From Eledone cirrhosa (taxonomy: Eukaryota): a DNA stretch of 64,000 nucleotides. Positions 40,801 through 52,470 of this stretch are shown piece by piece (positions within the stretch are counted from its first letter, which is position 1; every line of letters begins with the position of its first letter). The stretch spans positions 286,316,001 to 286,380,000 of the forward strand of contig OZ024743.1 in NCBI GenBank assembly GCA_964016885.1, given 5' to 3'. Under the pieces are notes generated by a model. The model worked only from the letters and a program-made list of their open reading frames with translations. It made no database searches and was not told the DNA's origin. Made by a program: the position numbers and the translations under genes.

Positions 40801-41324
40801 TAAGAGAAGTATAAATAAATAAATAAATACATACACAAGCACAATAACAACAAACACATATAAACACACACTAGTAAACTAAGATAGAATACAATAACCA
40901 ATACACAGTCACCCAAACACGAACACACATCAAACACTATACACACACGCAAACGCATGCGCAGAGAAGACAAAAATAAATAAATAAACTAAATAAAGAT
41001 GGCGTAGACATACAATACAACGGGAGGAAACATAATAGCACCACTGACGATGTTGCAGATGTGCAACGAAAGAACTTTGTTAGACTATATATATGTGTTT
41101 GTGTCTATATTATACCTGTATGTTTGACCGTTGGCCAGTTAATGGTAACATTGAGGACCGAATAGATTAAATTAACTGATATAAAAGACACAGAAGCGAA
41201 AACCAACCAAACAGTGAGTGTGTTCTGTTATTAATTCTGGCAATATTATTACAACAATATGACCCTCCCCAAGTATAACAATATTTGTTTCGACACGATT
41301 TCATATCAAAAACCTTGCAAAACT
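37886..41324 (-). mobile_element. Penelope-like element, 5'-truncated, with inverted pLTRs and a 12-bp TSD
   Basis: Minus-strand ORF pieces 38430-40745 (YGLRKDHK, TRPV, SLYPSI, AIGVSIAG, YSRYVDD, VVYSIRC...YIGET); pLTR 37886-38432 is inverted at 40746-41276 plus a tail to 41324; TSD AATGTAAATATA at 37874-37885 and 41325-41336. Confidence 0.92.
38078..38125 (-). ncRNA. Minimal hammerhead motif in PLE pLTR (second copy at 41036-41083, plus strand)
   Basis: CTGACGA-T-GTTGCA(RATG)TGCAAC-GAAA-GAACT-T-TG; stem I is weak. Confidence 0.55.
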
Positions 41325-42394
41325 AATGTAAATATATATATACATATATATATATCTGTCTGACTGTCTGTCTATCTGACGCTCTTACCTAGCAACTGTC
41401 TTCTGTTTCAACATGTCTAACTCATTGCCTTTCTGTCTCCTCTTCCTCTTTAATTACACACGTTTTCTCGTCGTCTGGTCACACTCACATTAGGGCACAC
41501 CTCGCCAGCTTTCTTCATAAATTTGTAGTCTTTTCTCTCTCAAGAGTTTTCTTCTACTTTACCTTCTTTTGCAACTTTCTCTTCCCTTCCCTCACCCAAG
41601 TTTTATAACTTCTAAAACCTCCGTCCGCATACACACATGTATATACACGCACACAGACTTAAACACACAGTTTAACTTTTTATCTCCGGTTATAACGCTC
41701 CTCTCCTTCCTGCTTTTCTTTCCTTTGTACCTTTCGACAACCAACGTTGACACTTACCTTTATGTCAAACTATCAATATAGAATGTCAAACTATCAATAT
41801 AAAGCAGAGTCATCGTCTAGATCAAAGGTTCTCAACCCATTTTGCCCCTCATAATCACGAAACGCCCCCTACCCTATTTTTCCATTTTTCAATATATTAC
41901 TGATTTTAGAATCAGTAGATTACTGGGGAAAATCAAGTTATGTTAGAATCTTTAAAAAGATCTTTAAAAAATACTCGTACGAATTAAATACAAAAAAGTT
42001 TGAATCCAAAACAAAAGCAAGCTATTTCAAATTATTATATATATTTAAAAAAAAAAAAGACGGCGAATGTTCTCAAAGATTTGATCTCAGTCGAAAAACA
42101 AACTTGTGTGTTTGTCTGTGTGTGCCTTGTTTTTGGTACAGAAAGAATTTTGACTCCAGTTTTTATTGCCGGGTCAAAGGCCAGTGCTCTTTTCAACAAC
42201 GTCAAATAACAACGCCATGTATATATATATATATATATATATACGGAAGAAATGTGGTAAGGAACCAGGTGGACCATAACGCACCAAAGTACTCATTAAA
42301 AAAAAAAAAATTAGTTTTTTTTGTTTTTTTTTGTTTTTAGTCCAGAATTAGCCGTCGAAACGGCTTGAGCTCAGCCGTCGGGGTCCTACTCGTT

Positions 42395-42646
<252 letters not shown>

Positions 42647-42661
42647 TGTCTATCTTTCCAA

Positions 42662-42740
42662 CAGGGGGCTCAAACATGCGGCCCGCGAATTACTTTTCTA
42701 TGGCCCGTAGTAGAACCAATATTTCAGATTCCATTATAAC
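42662..42740. mobile_element. Probable hAT terminal fragment
   Basis: CAGGGGGCTCAAACATGCGGCCCGCG...TGGCCCG resembles hAT ends; no partner TIR was found. Confidence 0.4.
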
Positions 42741-42751
42741 TGTGGGAAATA

Positions 42752-42970
42752 AGGCGGTGAGCTGGTGGAATGGTTAGCACATCTGGCGAAATGCTTAGCG
42801 GGACTTCTTCCGTTTTTACGTTCCGAGTTCAAATTCCGCCGATCTCAACTTTACCTTTCATCCTTTTGAGGTCGATAAATTAAGTACCAGTTGTGAACTG
42901 GCATCGATGTAATCGACGGGACCCTAAACCCTAAATTTCATGCCTTGTGCCTATAGTAGAAATGATTATA
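42752..42970 (+). mobile_element. tRNA-derived SINE (octopus-type)
   Basis: GGCGGTGAGCTGGTGGAATGGTTAGCA (A box)...GAGTTCAAATTCCGCC (B box)...CCTTTCATCC...GTCGATAAATTAAGTACCAG. Confidence 0.82.
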
Positions 42971-43067
42971 ACTGGTGAAAATCACCAACCACCACCACGT
43001 TTAGCCCACTGTGCCTCTCCTCCAGGACGTAATGGCCCTTTTATGTCCTTCAGTTTGCGACCCCTCT

Positions 43068-43114
<47 letters not shown>

Positions 43115-43373
43115 GCACTTTACTTTTTTTTCTGTCTCTGGACTACGCCCATGCTGGAGCATCACCTAGGTAAGTTATGGGACGTCAACAAACCAACAAG
43201 TATTGGTGGGAGCGCAAACACAAACGCAAAGACACACACAGACATATATACATATATACGACGTGCTTCTTTTAGTTTCAGTCTATCAAATCCACTCACA
43301 GGGCTCTGGTCGGCCCGGGCAGTGGGTCTGAACCCGGAAACATGTGGTTGGGAAGCAAGCTTCTTGTCACACT

Positions 43374-43378
<5 letters not shown>
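43115..43378 (-). mobile_element. Second tRNA-derived SINE family, degenerate
   Basis: Minus strand reads ...AAGAAGCTTGCTTCCCAACCACATGTTTCCGGGTTCAGACCCACTGC (B-box-like GGTTCAGACCC)...GTGAGTGGATTTG...CCAGCATGG. Confidence 0.65.
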
Positions 43379-43444
<66 letters not shown>

Positions 43445-43634
43445 CAAATTAACAATGAAAAAAAAAAGTCAAGTTACTTTATAACTTTGTTTTTATTTTG
43501 TTGTTTTTATTTTTATTGTTAATTTAATACCTAATATCTGACTCTGTAGAATTAATTCAGCGAAACACAGAACTTCTCTATGGATTTTACAAGATTACAT
43601 TCAGTTCTATCCAGCGGTAGACCAGACTGAAAAA

Positions 43635-43673
<39 letters not shown>

Positions 43674-43735
43674 ATAATAAATAAATATATATATATATAT
43701 ATGTGTGTGTGTATAATAAATAAATATATATATAT

Positions 43736-44211
43736 ATAAACGGAAAAAATGAAACGAAATTTCATTTCCCACTCTTAGTACGGCTGTTACTTAAATATAA
43801 GTATGTACACGTACATACATATATGAATACAGACGTACAGTAGTATGTATATATATATACACACATGCACACATATATATATGTACGTATGGATTCACCG
43901 AACATTTATTATAATGCTCGGTGTGTTTGTAAACAAACATCCAGAATTAAGCCGTAGTGTCTAGCAACCATCGTTGCTCGTTTGTTCAACACTGACAAAG
44001 GAACGCTGTACTAGTTTCAAGCTTATTAGCTATCGTCAGCAACGTATACCTTCCTGCCAGATTGTTGAACGTATATACTTACCTTATGCATATTAACGGC
44101 TGAGTAGCCCAATTTGCATATCGAGGGGGTTAATCAGCCGGGTGCACCGAAAACGATAAACGGAAAAAATGGAAACGAAATTTCATTTCCCACTCTTAGT
44201 ACGGCTGTTAC
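43736..44211 (-). mobile_element. Diverged relative of the 493-bp unit: 420-bp period, about 1.13 copies
   Basis: Shares AAACGAAATTTCATTTC(C/T)CACTCTTAGTA, TACAGACGTACAGTAG, TTTGTTCAACACTGACA, the hammerhead and CCGAAAACGATAA; start repeats at 43741 and 44161. Confidence 0.88.
44003..44045 (-). ncRNA. Minimal type I hammerhead ribozyme (U.U variant)
   Basis: Minus strand: ACGTTG-CTGACGA-T-AGCT(AATA)AGCT-T-GAAA-CTAG-TA^CAGCGT. Confidence 0.85.
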
Positions 44212-44504
44212 ATACATACATATATACACACACAGGCCGACGTTGGTGTTTGATGAGGTTGAGAACCTGGTCAGCTTTCAGTCAGAGCTGTTGTATTTAA
44301 TCTGCCTAGGTAATACAATCTGGAGACAAAATTTTCTCCTTACCAAAAGAAAACATAAATCAAGTCAACATCCTGACACACTTAAATATAAATGCATGTA
44401 TATATACAAATATATAAATACATAGCTATATACATAGCTAAATGTATGTATATATCTATGTATGTAGATTTTTATATATATATATGAACGTATATGTGTA
44501 TGTA

Positions 44505-46274
44505 TTTATTGTCAGCTGCTGGCCCTCCCCTTTTGTGCAGCAGATATTTGGTAGGGAGTTCTTGTTCCTGTATTGCATAGAGATATCCCTCAAGGTGTGA
44601 TGTCATAAACTTGTCGGAACTCCATGCCAGGCTTTTTGAGTGGTTTATCCCCTCTATGGTCTGTGGTTTACGTCTCAAGTATCCATGCACAACTTTTTCT
44701 GTAAATTGGTCAATTTTTTCATCTTGTTTGAACATTGAATAGGATCTTCCGATTTCTCTGGGTGAGAGATTTATATCAGGCTTTATTCCATATCTCTCCT
44801 CCAGATCAGTCGCTATTCTAATGATATTTTTTTTTTCATGCTCATAAACCTGGGCAAGATGGTTGCCAACCTTTTTCCTCTTTTGAAGGTGTTGCTTCAG
44901 TGTTTCTATCCGGGTCTCATATGTTGTTAATATGGATTTTAGATCCCGGCCACCTTCCTTGCGTGAGAAGTATAGCCTATCCACATCACCATTGATGTTA
45001 AAGTTCCCAGTAACACTGAGAAGTTTGCGAGTTCTAACATCCATCTCACTTAGTTCTTGCAATGACCAGTTCAGCAGGCCAAATGTTGGCGCTAGAATTG
45101 GCACAGCATAAGTATTGTGGGCAATGTATTTGTTGTACGTTGACCGTTCTGATGACCATATTTTCTTTACTCTTCTGAGGTATTCAGTTCTGGTTCTCTC
45201 CTTATTTATGGGTCCATCATATCTGACATTCTCGTCCTGTCCAAGATATCTGTAGTTGTCACCTGACTGTAGAGGTTGTATTGTCAGGCCGTTCATCTCT
45301 AGATTTTTAGAGGAGGGCACAGCTCTTCCACGTTTTACTGCCAAATATGCACACTTGGACTCACCAAATTTCATTTTGATGTCTGTTGAAAATGGTGTAA
45401 TGAGGTCCAATTGTTTCTTGATGTCATTGATATTTGGCCCATCAACTTCAGGTCATCAACAAAGAAAAGATGGGAGATACTTCTGGACCCACTTCTTTGT
45501 CCACCTTGTTTGCTGAGTAGGTAAGATAGTGGATTTAGTGAGAGAACGAAGAGTAGCACTGACAAGCTATCACCTTGAAAGATGCCCTTCTGGTAATGTA
45601 TCTTATCAGTCTTAACTTGCTCCTTCTCACCTCTAAGGATCAAATTGGTGTACCAGTTCTTGGTCAGGCGTTCAACAGCAGCTACCGATGGTTGTGGGAC
45701 TTTGGCTAACTGTAAAGCCTTAATAATCCACCCATGAGGTACACTATCAAATGCTTTTTGATAGTCCAGCCACACCACTGTCATGTTTCTGCGATTCTTT
45801 GTTGTTTTTTCCTGAATCATTTTATTAGTTAGTAGGTGATCTATGCAACCCCACACCTCCCTATTTCCACCAGCTTGCTCAGGTATTGCGATGTTGTTGG
45901 TAGCACAGTGATCCTGTAAGAACAGGTTAAAGCACCCAGTATATAATTTATACATGATGTTTTGGCAGGCTATTGGGCGGTAATTTTTAGCAAGGGTGGT
46001 TTGGCTATTTTGGGGAATGAGGAGAGTAGTGGCAGTTGATAACCATCTGGGCAGTTCTTGTGTGCCTTTAATGGTTTCTGTAAACAGCCGTATGAGATCT
46101 TACCGATAAAAAGTGAAATTCTTCAACTAGTATCCTGTAATGAGGTCTGGGCCTGGTGATTTCCTATTCGACATTTTCTGTAGAGCTGTTTCCAGGATTG
46201 ACCCATCTATGTCATATTGTTTGGTCTGGACATGTTGGCAGTAGTCCTGTTCCAGTTCTTTTAGCCAATTAGTT
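44505..46274 (-). mobile_element. R4/Dong-like RT fragment (family C), truncated at both ends
   Basis: WLDYQKAFDS, GIFQGDSLS, FFVDDLKL, YRYLG, AIQEQE; stops before the zinc finger. Confidence 0.85.
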
Positions 46275-48070
46275 TGTATGTATGTATTCTTCTGGTTTTA
46301 TAATTTCACAAAGTTTTACCAATAGAGAGAGAGTCGGTTTCTAACATAGACACGAGACTCTCATTGGAATTTACACAACATCAACTAGGTAGATATGTAT
46401 GTATGCATGTGTAGATATGGATGTTATTGTATGTGTGGATGTGTATGTTTTGAGTTGTATGTGTGCATGTGTATATGCTTTGTCTCTGTACATGTGTATA
46501 TTCAGTTATTAGATGTAAAATTTTTTGAATGTTTTACATATTTTTACTATTCCATTAATGGATTGTACTTGTAGTTTCCTAACTAGTTGTGTTCTTTCTG
46601 TTCCTGTGAAGCCTAGCTTCTCAAGATTTGTATTGAGGCAGTTACTAACATATCCCAGTGCCCCAATAATCACAGGCATAAATCTGAAGGTGTAATCAGG
46701 GTGGAGTATCTGCAGATTTCTCATCAGTTCTGCATAAATATTCTCCTTTTCACTAATCTTTGATATTATATTGGCATCTGCTGGGCAGCTAATTTCCACT
46801 ACTGTGCATGTTTTCTTCTCCCTGTCCCATATCATAATATCTGGTCTGTTATGCCTGCATTTTATTGGGGTTTTTACTGGAACATTCCACCAGTACTCTT
46901 TCATATTATGTACATGGATGTCTTCCACATTGTTGTAGCTTTTAATGTGTTTATTATCGGGGCTATCTTTTTTACGAACTGCATTGGCCACTACATCATG
47001 CCTCATAGGTAGGTAGATAGTACCGCGATGACATCTTTGGGCAGCTGCTGATGACATGGGTGATATCCTCGATGTTAGTTCTGCAGAGTCTGCACTTGTT
47101 ATCACATCTAGGTGTTTTGCCTGCATCCCTATCTCTTTTGTGAATCAGGTATTTCGTGCTAATCTCCTGTTCTTGGATTGCAAAAGCGTATCCTTCAAAG
47201 TGGGAGCCAATATAGCGGTTGTTGGTCCAAGATAAACTACTTTCCTTATCTATATTACTCTCACTCTTGAGCTTCCTGGCAACATATCCATGCATCATTT
47301 TTTGCTGATAAGTATGCAGTTTTTCATCCATGGATTCACTGCGATACTGCTGAGCGACATCCCTGGGTGTGAGTTTTTGATTATCACACAGGGAATATCT
47401 CTCAAGGAGTTCCTTCCCAACTCTCATGATCTTATCTGTTTCATGCAGATAGACTTGCTCGAGAAACGGGCTCCTACGCTTCGAGGTTCGTAGATATTGT
47501 CGGAGAGATATGATGCGACATTCAAATGTTGTCTGGACTGATGTTAGGCCTCTGCCTCCCTGCTTACGTTTCAAGTAAAGGCGGTCTATGTCACTGTTGA
47601 TGTGGAAGTTTCCGATATTGTTCAGTATTTTTCGAGTTCCAACATCAACTGCTCGGATTTCGTCTATCGTCCAATTGAGTATTCCAAACGTTGGTGTTAG
47701 GACAGGCACAGCAAACACATTGTGAGCCACTGTTTTGTTTTGCGCAGAGAGTTCCGATGACCAGATCTTTCTTAATCGGGTGTAGTATTCCCTGGTTACG
47801 CGTTCTTTATTACAGATACCATTATAAGATATGTTCTCATCTATCCCCAGGTATCTGTAGCAGTCCTCATCAGATATCGGTGAAACAGTTAGGCCATTGA
47901 TGACAATGTTGCTAGATTGGGTTGTTGTTTTTCCCCGCTTTACAGTCATGTATGAGCATTTATCTTGGCCAAACTCCATTCCTATATCCTTTGAGAACGT
48001 TGTAACCAGGTCAAGATTTTTCTTCATCCCATCCATGTTCTTGGCATAGTTTCAGATCGTCCACAAAGAA
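46275..48070 (-). mobile_element. 3' part of R4/Dong-like family D (tandemly duplicated segment) with (TACA)n tail
   Basis: ORFs 46996-48036 and 46509-47126 (CRLC..H..C, RHD, HNRPD); near-identical to 48071-49825. Confidence 0.88.
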
Positions 48071-51000
48071 GAGAGTCGGTTTCTAACATAGACACAAGAC
48101 TCTCTCCTTGGAATTTACACAACATCAACTAGGTAGATATGTATGTATGCATGCATGTGTAGATATGGATGTTATTGTATGTGTGAATGTGTATGTTTTG
48201 AGTTGTATGTGTGCATGTGTATATGCTTTGCATCTGTACATGTGTATATGCAGTTATTAGATGCAAAATGTTTGGAATGTTTTACATATTTTCACTATTC
48301 CATTAATGGATTGTACTTGTAGTTTCCTAACTAGTTGTGTTCTTTCTGTTCCTGTGAAGCCTAGCTTCTCAAGATTTGTATTGAGGCAGTTACTAACATA
48401 CCCCAGTGCCCCAATAATCACAGGCATAAATCTGAAGGTGTAATCAGGGTGGAGTATCTGCAGATTTCTCATCAGTTCTGCATAAATATTCTCCTTTTCA
48501 CTAATCTTTGATATATTGGCATCTGCTGGGAAGCTAATTTCCACTACTGTACATGCTTTCTTCTCCCTGTCCCATATCATAATATCTGGTCTGTTATGCC
48601 TGCATTTTATTGGGGTTTTTACTGGAACATTCCACCAGTACTCTTTCATATTATGTACATGGATGTCTTCCACATTGCTGTAGCTTTTAATGTGTTTATT
48701 ATCGGGGCTATCCTTTTTACGAACTGCATTGTACAGTGTTTTGGCCACTACATCATGCCTCATAGGCAGATAGTACCGCGATGACATCTTTGGACAGCTG
48801 CTGATGACATGGGTGATATCCTCGATGTTAGTTCTGCAGAGTCTGCACTTGTTATCACATCTAGGTGTTTTGACTGCATCCCTATCTCTTTTGTGAATCA
48901 GGTATTTCGTGTTAATCTCCTGTTATGGGATTGCAAAAGCGTATCCTTCAAAGTGGGAGCCAATATAGCGGTTGTTGGTCCAAGATAGACTACTTTCCTT
49001 ATCTATATTACTCTCACTCTGGAGCTTCCTGGCAACATATCCATGCATGATGTTTTGCTGATAAGTATGCAATTTTTCATCCATGGATTCACTGCGATAC
49101 TGCTGAGCGACATCCCTGGGTGTGAGTTTTTGATTATCACACAGGGAATATCTCTCAAGGAGTTCCTTCCCAACTCTCATGATCTTATCTGTTTCATGCA
49201 GATAGACTTGCTCGAGAAACGGGCTCCTACGCTTCGAGGTTCGTAGATATTGTCGGAGAGATATGATGCGACATTCAAATGTTGTCTGGACTGATGTTAG
49301 GCCTCTGCCTCCCTGCTTACGTTTCAAGTAAAGGCGGTCTATGTCAATGTTGATGTGGAAGTTTCTGGTGTTGTTTAGTATTTTTCGAGTTCCAACATCA
49401 ACTGCTCAGATTTCGTCTATCGTCCAATTGAGTATTCCAAACGTTGGTGTTAGGACAGGCACAGCAAACACATTGTGAGCCACTGTTTTGTTTTGCGCAG
49501 AGAGTTCCGATGACCAGATCTTTCTTAATCGGGTGTAGTATTCCCTGGTTACGCGTTCTTTATTACAGATACCATTATAAGATATGTTCTCATCTATCCC
49601 CAGGTATCTGTAGCAGTCCTCATCAGATATCGGTGAAACAGTTAGGCCATTGATGACAATGTTGCTAGATTGGGTTGTTGTTTTTTCCCGCTTTACAGTC
49701 ATGTATGAGCATTTATCTTGGCCAGACTCCATTCCTATAGCCTTTGAGAACGTTGTAACCAGGTCAAGATTTTTCTTCATCCAATCCATGTTCTTGGCAT
49801 AGAGTTTCAGATCGTCCACAAAGAAATTATGGTTTAGGTTCGTATTTCTGTCCTCCTGTGAGCCAATGATGTATCCCTCACATTTCTTGAGCAGAAAGGA
49901 CAAGGGGTTTAATGACAAGATGAATAATATCACAGAGAGACTGTCCCTCTGAAATATACCCCTGAAATATTTTATTTTATCAGTGAAAATAGAGTCCTCC
50001 TTCTCTGTCTTTAACCTTAGGATAGTAGCCCAAGAAGAAGACAGCCTCTCTATGGCTCTGACAATAATGTCTGGGACTTTAGCAAGTTGGAGGGCCTCTA
50101 TCATCCAAGAGTGGGAAACAGAATCGAAAGCTTTCCTGTAGTCCAGCCAGACTGTAGCCATATTCCTCCTAAGTTGTCGCACTTCTTGTTTGAGGGTAAT
50201 CAGCTTATATTGGAGAGATCTGGTTCTACTGTTACCAAACATCGCCTCTATTTTATTTTTCACTCTTTGTTGGTGAGGAGTGGAGTAAGTTTTTTTTGTG
50301 CTTGTTTGCATGTAAGGAGCATTGTCACATATCCTATATTTCTTCGTAGGTCAGCAATATTTTTTTCTATTTTAGTTATATATGATGGTATTTTTGGTGG
50401 TGTTCTGTTCTTGTTAATATCTCTGCTACCACCAAGATAATGCTTCACTGTCGTTGCTAAGGCATATAAACAGGCGTTGATTTGCCAAAATGTTGGGGTT
50501 TTTATCCGTCGTAAATATTCATCCCCTATTTCGTCAATAACACGTAATATTTCATTATTTGTTTTTTTTTTTATTAAACATTGTCGTTTTAATACGTTCA
50601 GCAAGAGAGATATTTATACATGAATTAATTTCTCTCTGGGAGATTTCGTTGAGGGAAAATTCCAATTGTTTATACTTTTGATTATCATTATCGATAGTAT
50701 TTTCCACAACAGTCGAGGTAGACTCGGATGGTACACGTGGTGTCAAATTTCTTCGATTATTATTATTATTATTTCTTCGATTATTATTATTATTATCGAT
50801 AGTGTTTTCCCCAGCATTCGAGGTCGACTTAGATGGTACAGGTGGTATAAAGTTTCTTACAGGCATAGTTGCTTCAAGGCACTGTTCGACCTGGCTGCTA
50901 GGAAGTCTAGTAGCATGGCGACCTGTAGCACGTGTTGTTGATAACATGTTTGTTGTGGGGGACTTACAATTAATAATATTTATCTTATTTTTACGTTCAA

Positions 51001-51498
51001 CAAACGTCGCTTGTTGGCGTAATTGTTTCGCTGTGAAATAATTTAGCTCTGGATGCATTTCGTCCCAGTGTAGCTTCCTTCTGTTCATATAACCAATGGA
51101 AGGATTGTTTTTTGCCATTTTATAACAATTAAATAAATCATCATTAAGTTCGCAACTCCAAGAGAAATGCGATTTATAATTTCGGTTTCTTCAGTAGCTT
51201 CAACTGAATAAAGTTTGTTTACCTTCCTTGTTATTTGTCTTCGGTACTTCCTTAATTTTGTTGTTGATGTTGTGTTCAGCCATGATGTTTGTAGCAAATC
51301 CTTGTAAAATGAATTATGTATTTAGTCGAATATCTCTACGAATTCGAATAAAAGGTGTCTTCAGAAGATATAGTTAGAAGAATAACCAGTTATTCAACAT
51401 GATTGTAGTTGTGGCATTACTGTCAGAGATAGTATTCATCTTAAATTTAATAAATAGTCTCCCACGCCAAAATATGCGACTGATCGCGTTGACTAAAT
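48071..51498 (-). mobile_element. R4/Dong-like family D, long degenerate copy with an internal deletion
   Basis: ORF pieces 50555-51118, 50260-50604, 49406-50311, 48923-49327, 48257-48787; the frame jumps from the N-terminal region to WLDYRKAFDS near 50180; (ATGT)n at the 5' flank. Confidence 0.85.
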
Positions 51499-51520
51499 AT
51501 GTATGTATGTATGTATGTCA

Positions 51521-52124
51521 GGTCACCAGTTGGTGCTACTGGTAACGTGTATTCCAGTACAACCTGTCCCATGGTCGGGTCGTTGGCGACTAAATTGGCA
51601 ACCCCGCCAAGGTTTCTTGGTGAGGAGGGTGACTTTGGACATCCTGCAGGACTAAAAACAAAACCTGTCAAAGGGCAAAGGAGCTCTTAAGAGTCAATGG
51701 CCATCCAAAATCACCGGAAGAGATGACCCCTTAGTCTTTGTCAAGGCAGAATTCTAGGAGAAGGAAAACTCTGATATAACACCTGCAACCCTGATGGTAT
51801 CCAATGATGTTGACTTGTTCTTCTTTTTGTTAAATATCATCTTGGTTAAGAGACTGGGACTGGCTTTGTGCAGTGCCTGTGCTCACTATAAAAGCTTCAC
51901 GGCACAGGCATTGCTTTATATCTGGAGATCTCTCTGCAATTGTCGTCACATGGTACCATGGGCCCAGCACTATGTGTCAATAATTGTCACAAGTGTAGTG
52001 TTTGTACCAGAGTTTTCAAGTCGCTGGCTGAACTAAAAAGCCACACTCGTTCAGCGCATCGGTAGGGGTTCTCCTACATGGATATAAAGTAGTGGCCGTA
52101 CTCGAAAACAAGTTGGCAGCCACC
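51521..52124 (+). mobile_element. Bipartite RTE-derived non-autonomous element (5' UTR joined to 3' end) with (ATGT)n tail
   Basis: RTE-like 5' UTR motif CTAGGAGAAGGAAAACTCTG; 3' part encodes KCSVCTRVFKSLAELKSHTRSAHR* (C2H2); flanked by (ATGT)n on both sides. Confidence 0.7.
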
Positions 52125-52202
52125 ATGTATGTATGTATGTATGTATGTATGTATGTATGTATGTATGTATGTATGTATGTATGTATGTATGTATGTATGT
52201 AT

Positions 52203-52470
52203 GTGCCTTTGCTCACAATAAAAGCTTCACGTCACAGGCATTGCTTTGTATCTGGAGATCTCTCTGCACTTATCGTCACATGGTACCATGGGCCCAGTAC
52301 TATGTGTCAATAATTGTCACAAGTGTAGTGTTTGTACCAGAGTTTTCAAGTCGCTGGCTGGACTAAAAAGCCACACTCGTTCAGCGCATCGGTAGGGGTT
52401 CTCCTACATGGATATAAAGTAGTGGCCGTACTCGAAAACAAGTTGGCAGCCACCATGTATGTATGTACGT
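52203..52470 (+). mobile_element. 5'-truncated second copy of the RTE-derived element
   Basis: Near-identical to 51873-52124 at an offset of 330 bp. Confidence 0.85.

Noticed and set aside
42752-42840. tRNA gene
   Set aside because: A and B boxes are present, but there is no cloverleaf and the sequence continues into a SINE body.
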